Source: a virus
Lineage: Duplodnaviria > Caudoviricetes
DNA: 64,000 nucleotides
IMG/VR virus record: IMGVR_UViG_3300042276_000119
Location: 11,284-75,283 of that record
Direction: 5' to 3' (one strand)
Positions 1 through 8,900 of this stretch are shown here, piece by piece. The notes under the pieces were generated by a model. It searched no databases. It saw nothing but the letters and a program-made list of their open reading frames with translations, and was not told where the DNA came from. Each line of letters starts with the position of its first letter. The stretch's first letter is position 1. The position numbers and the translations under genes were made by a program.

Positions 1-2
1 TT

Positions 3-554
3 ACCCGGCGCCGTGGGGCCTACTCTAACCAGAACGAAGAATACCTTAAAAGTGTGACAAGGCGACTTACACGCGCCCCAAAAGAGATTCTGGAAGCTGC
101 CATGAAGGAGGCAGCTTACTGGGCAGTCACAGCCACTATTCAAGACTCAGGTAACGCTGCTTGGCACTGGTCTATAACTGGTTTTCGCCAGGCCGACGAA
201 AGGACAGATCGTATGTCCCTAAGACAGAGATACAACGTGTGGCCAGTTGGTGACAGAGGGGATAAAGGGGCAAACAGATCAGAAGTGTTGGCCGACACTA
301 TACCCGCTATGAACCACCAGATAGAAGATATGATCTACCGGCAGGGGCGAGTAGCGTTTACCCTTTTCAACCCAATAGATCCTGCCAGCAAGTACGGAGA
401 GAGGGCCGGAATGGGTGAAATATCCCCAGAGATGCTAACTCACCACGCAATGGAGAAAGCTAGGGTGGCAGCGTCCAAGAAAGAGAATGAACTGCAGTCT
501 TTCAACGACGGTACGGGTTCAAAACGGTACCAAGCCGGTGAGAGAGTCTACTGA
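3..554 (+). CDS. 5'-partial virion morphogenesis protein (neck or tail-completion position)
   Basis: The frame of the 54..554 ORF is open back to the window edge. It lies directly upstream of the tail genes and its stop overlaps the next ATG (TGATG). Confidence 0.55.
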   Translation, partial: TRRRGAYSNQNEEYLKSVTRRLTRAPKEILEAAMKEAAYWAVTATIQDSGNAAWHWSITGFRQADERTDRMSLRQRYNVWPVGDRGDKGANRSEVLADTIPAMNHQIEDMIYRQGRVAFTLFNPIDPASKYGERAGMGEISPEMLTHHAMEKARVAASKKENELQSFNDGTGSKRYQAGERVY

Positions 555-985
555 TGCCAACAACACTCCCACAAGTAAAACTGGCCCTGATCAACCACCT
601 GCTCGACAACTGGCCGTCAACCCCCATCTGCGAGTCAGGTGCCGGTGGCGTAGACATCTCTGGGCAGGTGCAGGACAACCTGTTTGACAGTGAGTACGAA
701 TTTATTGAAATAGACATCGGCCTCACCGCTCGCGGTGCGGCCGGCGTAAGCAGGCACTCCGGTACCCGTGTGCTTGCGTACCTTGATGTACAAATGTACA
801 TAATGCCTGGAAGTGGTACCATGCGGTTGGCCGAATTGGAAAGCCAGCTATACCCGCTAGTTGAGAGGAAAACGATAGGCGGAGCGGAAATCCGTAACGC
901 CCAAGGACAGTCCAAACCCTACGAATTCCGTGGAAGGCTGACCAAGATCGTTTCATTCCCAATCGAGTATTTTGAAACAACCTAA
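554..985 (+). CDS. putative tail terminator / minor tail protein
   Basis: 143 aa, immediately before the tail tube gene. Size and position are typical of siphovirus tail terminators. Confidence 0.6.
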   Translation: MPTTLPQVKLALINHLLDNWPSTPICESGAGGVDISGQVQDNLFDSEYEFIEIDIGLTARGAAGVSRHSGTRVLAYLDVQMYIMPGSGTMRLAELESQLYPLVERKTIGGAEIRNAQGQSKPYEFRGRLTKIVSFPIEYFETT

Positions 986-995
986 GAGGTGACTT

Positions 996-2021
996 ATGAG
1001 TTTTACAGACTCGAATACATCACAGCTGGCATACGCGATTGATGCGGCTACCACGCTGGCTGGCCTGACGGCAACTGAACTGAAGCCGATCAACATCCTG
1101 AACGACAACCTGAAGCCGACGATCAGTGCCAAGACTTCAGACGACATCCGTGACGACGGCCAGTATTCCACTGCCCGCACCATGGGTGGCTCTGCTGGTG
1201 GCGCTGTGAACATGAACTTCCGTTATGGCGAGTACGATGACTTCCTCCGCGCTGCATTCCGCAACGATTGGGTGGAAGACACTGCCGACGCCACAGGCAA
1301 AACTCACGTTCTGTGGAATGGTCTGGAGAAGGTGCCGTTCTTCTTCGAGCGTAAGCTGAAGCGTCTGGACGATGCCGGTAACGAGTGGAACGACTTCAGA
1401 CGTTTCTTCTCTCAGTACCTGTCCACAGCGACTCTGAATCTGCCGTCTGAAGACTGGGTTACGCTGAATACCAATTTCCTGGGGCTGGGCTTCGCCTACG
1501 ACGAGCAGGACGCCTCCGTTGACCCGAAAGCGGGTGAGATCGCTGGCATCACCTACCTGGCCCGGGGCAACAGCGACCCCATCGACTCGTCCAACTCGAT
1601 CACGTCCATGATCGTGAAAGACGAAACTGGCACGCCCATGGACCTGGTATTGGAGCAGGGCTCTGTCGAGTTCAACTCCAACCTGCGTGAAGACAAGGCA
1701 GTTGGTCATCGGTTCTCTGCCAACATCGGCTTTGGTCGATTCGGCTGCATGGTGAATGGTACGTTCTACTTCCGCAACCAGGCTGTTCTGGACGCGATGT
1801 GGAACGACAAGAACCTGTCCGTCGAAATCACCTTCACTGTGAACGGCAACGCCTACACACTGGTAATGCCTGCTGTGCGTGTGATGCAGAACGATGAAGA
1901 CGTTCCGCAGGTGGATGTGACCATGCGTTCCCCGGTGCAGATGCAGGCGTTCCCGAAGACCGTTACGGTTGCGGGTGCTCCTGTAAACTGCACTGCTTAC
2001 ATTGTGCGTGTAGCAGCCTAA
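996..2021 (+). CDS. major tail tube protein
   Basis: 341 aa, beta-rich, strong GAGGT RBS, highly biased codon usage. N-terminal SDDIRDDGQ...GG pattern and position before chaperone and TMP fit a tail tube. Confidence 0.8.
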   Translation: MSFTDSNTSQLAYAIDAATTLAGLTATELKPINILNDNLKPTISAKTSDDIRDDGQYSTARTMGGSAGGAVNMNFRYGEYDDFLRAAFRNDWVEDTADATGKTHVLWNGLEKVPFFFERKLKRLDDAGNEWNDFRRFFSQYLSTATLNLPSEDWVTLNTNFLGLGFAYDEQDASVDPKAGEIAGITYLARGNSDPIDSSNSITSMIVKDETGTPMDLVLEQGSVEFNSNLREDKAVGHRFSANIGFGRFGCMVNGTFYFRNQAVLDAMWNDKNLSVEITFTVNGNAYTLVMPAVRVMQNDEDVPQVDVTMRSPVQMQAFPKTVTVAGAPVNCTAYIVRVAA

Positions 2022-2056
2022 GGTTGCTGGTCAATAACTAGACAGCCGTTTCGGCT

Positions 2057-2106
2057 TGTACAAATGTACAAATGTGCTGTAGTATCTTATGCACATTTGT
2101 ACATTT
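2057..2106. promoter_or_regulatory. inverted pair of TGTACAAATGT operator-like motifs
   Basis: TGTACAAATGTACAAATGTGC-N13-GCACATTTGTACATTT between the tail tube and chaperone genes. Confidence 0.65.
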
Positions 2107-2126
2107 TTCTTTTATAGGGTAGACCA

Positions 2127-2564
2127 ATGGCATTTTGCATCCATAACACTGTCACTGACGAAAAAGCTGAAATCGAAGGCATCTGGATGGACTACGATGG
2201 AGGCAGTCGTGTGAAGCTGGCCCGCTTCAACAATGAAAAAGCCCAGCGTATGCGCATGGAGTGGTACCAGGAAAATAAAGCCCTGTTGGAAGCCCTGGCC
2301 GATAAAGGCGAGGAAGGCGAACAGCAGCGCGAAGACCTGTTTAAGGCTGGCGAAGCCAAGATCATGTCTGAAGCAGTTCTGCTCGACTGGGACGGCTTTG
2401 AAGACCTGGAAGGCAAGAAGGTTAAACACACTCAGAAGACCGCTGAACAGTACCTGCTGCTGTCCAAGGACTTCCGAAAGGACATGAGCATGATGTCCGG
2501 CAACCGCGACAAGTACCTGCTGAAAAACCTGCAGGACGACGTTGAGGCCGCAAAAAAGTCGTAA
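2127..2564 (+). CDS. tail assembly chaperone (gpG-like)
   Basis: 145 aa between the tail tube and TMP genes. Has an LLDWDG motif and ends in the slippery A AAA AAG. Confidence 0.85.
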   Translation: MAFCIHNTVTDEKAEIEGIWMDYDGGSRVKLARFNNEKAQRMRMEWYQENKALLEALADKGEEGEQQREDLFKAGEAKIMSEAVLLDWDGFEDLEGKKVKHTQKTAEQYLLLSKDFRKDMSMMSGNRDKYLLKNLQDDVEAAKKS

Positions 2565-2908
2565 GCTGGTACGCTCGTCATGGGGATGTCAATCTGGCAT
2601 CCCTTCACGAAGCCTGGAGGCGATGGGGTGAAAAGCCAAAGGTTCTTCAGGAGCACGACGAACTCCCTCAGCTACCGTCGCACTTCAACGAAGCCTTCCA
2701 CGTTTTCAACTTCCTCAAGCAGCTAAGACCCTCCAATGAAACGGGCTACCAGCCTATCCCTCTCACCGATGTACAAATGTACATTTGTACCACGTTGCGG
2801 TATTCTGACCCCGTTTATACCCGGTGGCTCACCGAGGTTGTCGTGGGCTGTGACGCCGCCGAACGCCGGGTAATTTCACAGAAGCTCTCAGAGAAGCAGG
2901 GTACTTAA
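2552..2908 (+). CDS. -1 frameshift extension of the tail chaperone (gpT-like part of gpGT)
   Basis: A_AAA_AAG at 2552-2558. The -1 frame is open to TAA at 2906-2908 (KKVVSWYARHG...LRPSNETGYQPIPLTDVQMYI...EKQGT), ending 1 nt before the TMP ATG. Absent from the ORF track because it has no start codon. Confidence 0.8.
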   Translation, partial: KKVVSWYARHGDVNLASLHEAWRRWGEKPKVLQEHDELPQLPSHFNEAFHVFNFLKQLRPSNETGYQPIPLTDVQMYICTTLRYSDPVYTRWLTEVVVGCDAAERRVISQKLSEKQGT

Positions 2909-2909
2909 C

Positions 2910-5900
2910 ATGGCGTTTACTCTCGATATTGCGTTAGCTGGGCAGCAGTCTGTAGAGCGGGCTATCGAACAGATCGGGGGTAAGCTCAAAAAGGCGGGGC
3001 AGGAAGCAACTAGCCTATCATTCGCTGCTGAGAAAGCCGTTAAGGTAATAGGCACTGACTACGCAAAGGCAGCGGCTACCGCAGGAGCTGCCACCGGCAC
3101 CCTGAACGCTGGGCTTGAAGCAGAATCAAAGCTCCTTCAGAAAACCTGGCAGGAAACTCAGCGGTACAACAACGTCCTGAAAGACCAGCAGAAATTGCAG
3201 CAGCTGGTCCATAAGTCCTCCAAAGATTACAGCACCGCCCTCGAACAGCAAATCATGCAGATGAATCACGCAGGTATGCGTACAGCCTACTTGCGTGAAG
3301 CTGAGATGAAACTGGCTGAACAGCACAGGAAGCTGCAAGCCGAAGCCTCGCTGTTCAACACCACCATGGCTCAAACTGTACGAGGTATGGAAGCACAGCT
3401 AAAAGCCGCAAAGGCCACTGAGGAATCCGACCGCAAACGGGCACAGCGGGTCAAAGACCTCACTGCCGAACTGAAACACCTCAGCACCCAAGAGGGCAAA
3501 GACGCACTGCTGCTTGAGCATAAAATCAAGCTCACAAAGGAAGCAGCGCTCGCTGAGACAAAGCGAAAAGAACGGATTGGTGCCCTTCGTTCTGAGCTTC
3601 GCTACCTCGCCTCTGAGGAAGGCAAGAAGGCAGAATCGCTCGCCCTTCAAGTAAAACGCTCGAAGGAAGCTGCTGTCGCTGAAGAGACTCGCAAAAATCG
3701 CGTCAAAGACCTGCGAGCAGAGATACGTTACCTCAACTCTGAAGAAGGCAAGCTCCAGACTTCTTTGGAGGCTCAGGCCAAACGCACCAAAGAGCAATCC
3801 CAGCTCGAAGAGAAACGGGCAAACCGCCTAAAAGACCTGCGAGCAGAGATACGTTACCTCAACTCTGAAGAAGGCAAGCTCCAGACTTCTTTGGAGGCTC
3901 AGGCCAAACGCACCAAAGAGCAATCCCAGCTCGAAGAGACTCGCAAAAATCGCGTCAAAGACCTGCGAGCAGAGATACGTTACCTCAACTCTGAAGAAGG
4001 CAAGCTCCAGACTTCTTTGGAGACTCAGGCCAAACGCACCAAAGAGCAATCCCAGCTCGAAGAGAGACGCAAAAATCGCATCAAAGACCTGCGATCAGAG
4101 ATTAAGTACCTCAACTCTGAAGAAGGTAAGCTCCAGACTTCTTTGGAGGCTCAGGCCAAACGCACCAAAGAGCAATCCCAGCTCGAAGAGAGACGCAAAA
4201 ATCGCATCAAAGACCTGCGATCAGAGATTAAGTACCTCAACTCTGAAGAAGGTAAACGTAAGGCTGTTATGGAGCAGCAGTTGCGTGGCCAGCGCGAGTT
4301 GGTGGTGGAGGAAGAGAAGCGCCGACAGACGCTGAAAAAGCTCAAGTCTGAACTCGACTACCTGAAAACTGCAGACGGTAAGCGCCAAGAACTGATGAAG
4401 TCGGAGCTTGCACTTCAACGCCAGCTGATCCAACAAGGCGCAAAGCAGAACGCGGAACTTCGCTCCTCGGAAAACGCTCTCAAACGGTACAACTCTGAGA
4501 AGCAGCGAAGCATTGAGCTTGCCCGCCTAGAGTTGTCTGAAAAGAAAAAGGCTGACAAGGCATGGGCTGAAGAACAGCTTGGCATCAAGAGGACCACCAC
4601 TGCGTTTGATTCTCACAACGCGAGCATCAAACGCCTCCGAGAGGAGATTAAGTTTCTTCAGAGTGCTCAAGGTAAAGAATTTCTTGAATTAGAACGGCAG
4701 AGGCGTCTCCTAAAACAGACCCGTGACGAGCTTGTGAACGCAGGCACTGCCACTGACAGGTTCAGACGTAGCATTACGCAGCTGACGACATCGCTAAACC
4801 TTTCCAATCAGGCTACAGCTGGTTTCCGCGCTGGGTTGTCAGGCTTAGGCGCATCCTTTGGCATGTTTACAAGCTCAACTATCCTGGTTGCTTCTGCAAT
4901 ATACGGTACCACAGCTGCACTTCGGGAAAGCATCACTGCCGGCGCACAGTTTGAGTCCCAGATGGACCGTGTTAATGCCATCTTGGACTCAACCGGCAAC
5001 AGCAGTGTGATCCTAGAGGACCATGTACGAAACTTAGCTAAAGAAACTATATTCACGGCGCGTGAGGTGTCTGACGGTCTGATGTACCTCGGCATGGCAG
5101 GGCTAGACGCCGAACAAGCTATCGAGGCGCTGGAGCCATCTCTTCGGCTTGCATCCATTGGTATGTTGGACATGGGCACTACTGCCGACATCGTGACCAA
5201 CATCATGGTAGGTATGGGGCTGGAGGCATCTCAGATCGGAGGGATCGTCGATGACATGGCCACGGCGATCACTAGTTCCAACATGGACGTTCGCCAGCTC
5301 GGCAACGCCATGTCCTACGTTGCACCCCTGGCCAGAGAAGCCGACATCTCACTGCAGGAGATCACTGCGTCTCTCGAAGTCTTGCACAACACGGGTATCA
5401 AGGCATCTCGTGCAGGTACGGCGATGCGTACCTCCATGCTGGCGCTGCTGGCACCTACTGCCGAGGCAATGGAAGTCCTGCAGAGGTATGGGATTCGAGT
5501 AGACGATACCTCTGGAAGGATGCGAAATTGGACTGATCTGTTGACAGAGATGGCCGATGCCCAGATGACGCTCTCTGACATCGAGGCGATTGTCGGCAAA
5601 CGTCAGGCAGCTGGCCTAAAGGCTATGGTTGACTCCGCAAAAGCAACAGAGGCAGCAGCTGAAAAAGCCAAGAAACTGGGCCTTGAAGTAGGCAAAACTG
5701 CATCAGAACTGAAGGTGCTGACGCAGCAGCTACACGAGAACGCAGGCGCCGCCAAGGTTATGCAGGGGGTCATGGAAGACAACCTGACAGGCGACTGGCT
5801 GAAATTTCTGTCTGCCGCTGAAGACAAATACATTGAGTTCTATGATCTGAATAAAGAGGAGCTGAGGTTCCTCGTTCAGAGAGCCACAGACTTTGTAAAG

Positions 5901-8900
5901 GCTTTCGATGTCACACAGGTAGATACCTTTTTCAGAACGCTCCTTAGTTATTTAGATGAGACCATAGAGCTGCTTGCGGCTATGAAAGCTGCCTCTGTTA
6001 CCTCCGCTATGGGTAGCAGCATTGGCGCTGTGGTCGGGGGCATAGCCGGTGGTATCGTCACTAGAACCTCGGTAGGGGTGGCGGCTGGGGCTCAGATTGG
6101 GGCATCTGCTGGGCATTTCCTGGGTGGCGTAGCTGGTGGGGTCACAGCTGCTTACCAAACGGACAAGGGGCTGGACTCCCTTGCAGAGTCCATTTACGGC
6201 CCTGCTGGAGGCATGAATAGAGAGGAACTTGCGCTTGCCAATCGAGTAGCCCGTTACCGTGACCTTGCCGTAGACGAACTGCTCAAGACTTACGATGCGT
6301 TGGAAGCCTCTGCAGAGATAAACTCCAGGGCTTTAATCGAGGCTAGGGAAGCCAGAGACACTGCTTTAGCCATTGGAGACCAGGACAAAGCCTCTGAACT
6401 ACTGGAACTTATAGACCAGCTCACCAGAAAGACAAAAGAGCTTGAATTGCAGTTGAGAGCTGCGGGGGTTGCCCGTGAAGAGTCAGGGCTGTTTGGCTCC
6501 AGGGCAGAATTAGAGAATGAACTGGCCTTAGTTGACTCCCAAATTCAGATTGAAGTCGCACAGGTCGGCATCAAACGTGAAGCGGCCCTTAGGAACACAA
6601 AGGGAGCACCTGAATGGGTGCAGCAGTTCGAGCTGAAGGGGGCCGAAGAGGACCTTGTGGCGCTGATGGAACGGCGGGCGCTACTGCAGCAGAACTTGAA
6701 CGCCTACAAGGCGACGGAGGTCGAAACTGAAGAACGACTGCAAAGGGAAACCGGAGAGACGGTTAACAACGCTGAGAAGGTCTACCAGTCTTACCTGAAA
6801 CAGAACGCTGAGATTCGTGGGCAGGTTTCTGACCAAGAAAAACTAAATGCTATACGGCAACAGTACGCTGAAAAATCCAAGGAGATGGAAACTGCCCGGA
6901 CCACAAGCCTACTAGACACAAAAACTCTGAAGAAAGAGTTGCTTAAACTCTCGGAGGAGGAGGTCAGGCTTACTGAAAAAATCCGACAGGCTAACGTCAA
7001 GATTACCGAGGACTCTCGGAGAGCCAACGAACAGGCATTCAAACGCATGGTTTCCGCCAAGCAGGAAGCCGAGGCAGTTCGTGACCAATACGCGGCCATT
7101 GAGTACCGGAACGAGGCTTACGAGAACGGGGTCTTGCTGCTAGACGATGAGAACTACGAGCGGGAACGCGCTATTCGCCTGCAGGAAGAGGAGATTGAAA
7201 ACGCAGAACGTAACCTGCAGCTGAGGATAGACGAAGGGAAGATCACAGAGGAGGGCATAGCCAGCCTCAGAAAAGAGATTGGTTACCATAAAGACAAGCT
7301 TGGATATCTGAAACAGCAGAAGGTTGAGATTTCAGGAGCTCGCCGCTTTGCTGAACAGCAGGCGCAATCCCTGTCTCAGATGTACTCCACCATCGAGTCC
7401 GAAACCGTCGGTCTCCTGGAGCGTGGATTCAAAGACACCGAGAGCTTCTTCGATAGCATCGTAGGCTCATTCAAGCGAATGCTGGCCGAGCTGGCCTACC
7501 AAGCTGCTATCAAGCCGATCATCGTCAACATGGTTGCCAGTGTCGGTGGCATGATGGGAATGGGGCCAGCAGCAAATAAATGGGCTGCTGACCAGGGTGT
7601 GACCGTTGGCGGCGGCATGGGCAACCTTGTCGATATGGGCAAGAATGCCTGGAACTTCTGGAAGGGCGGCGGTCAGGCCGACGTAAGCTGGTTCAACGAT
7701 TTTGCTACCAGTGGGATGGGACAGTCGTTAGGGCTAAGCACTGCAGGCACTACGACCATTGCAACCGCGCTTCCAGGAGGTGGGCAGGCCCTGTCATCAG
7801 CGTTACCAGGGGTTGAAGGGGCACTAATGTCTCCGGTGGCACCACCAGCTGGTTCGTTCCAGGCCATATCTGGGGGTAGTCAGGTAGTGTCCTCCACAGC
7901 GCCAGTCATGTCTGAAGGCGCATCCCTTTTCAGCCAAGGCCTCTCATATTCCCCGTGGGGAGCAGTAGGGGGTCTGGCCGGGTCCGCGCTCGGCGTTGAA
8001 GGGTCTGGCAACATGTGGATTGACACGGCTATGACAACCGGAGGGTCCATACTGGGCAGTATGGCGGGTATCAGTATCGCCACTGCAATGGCTAGTGGGG
8101 CAGGAGGCGCCGCTGCAGGTGCGAGCGCTGGTTCAGTGGCAGGGCCTATAGGTGCAGCTATAGGCGCAGTTATTGGTCTCGCACTTGGAGGTGTGTTCGG
8201 CGGAAAACCCTCAAACAAAGAGGGTCGAGCTACCTACGATTTATCAACCATGGAAGTTGAAATAGGGGGGCAGACAGGTAAAAAGTTCAGCCAGGAGAAC
8301 CGTGACTCTGCAGAGGCGCTATCCGAGCTTATTGCTACCAACATAATACCGTCACTTGAACAGCTTGGTGACACGGACATATCTGGCCAGTTTATAGTTG
8401 GGGTAGGCAACAGGGACCCCATGCGATTCAGCTATAGGGAGCCAGGTTCAGAGCGAACAGGTAAGAATTGGGACTACGGATACGGGCGCGATAACTCTCA
8501 GGGCCATAGTTATTACGATGCTGTCTCAGGCAACACACGCGATCCAGAAACCTATATAGATAATGTTACTAAGTTTTTCGCTGGGACCATAGCGGGTATT
8601 CCTCTAGGCGTATACGACGCGCTGAAGAAAGCGGATGAAGGGTACATAGACACTATACGCAGAGTCGAGCTTGGAGCAGAGTTATTCAAAAACGCGGGAG
8701 ATCAGTTCTCCTTGATTACCCCGGATGTGTCTGCTTGGGTGCCGGAGACCGGCGTGGAAAATGGGCCTGACGAAGTTATAGCCAGATTAAGCGACAATTC
8801 ATCCAGAGGGGATACTCTCGCAGGCTTAGGGGGGGTGATGTTTGACGAAGTTATAGCCAGATTAAGCGACAACTCATCCAGAGGGAATATTCTCGCAGTT

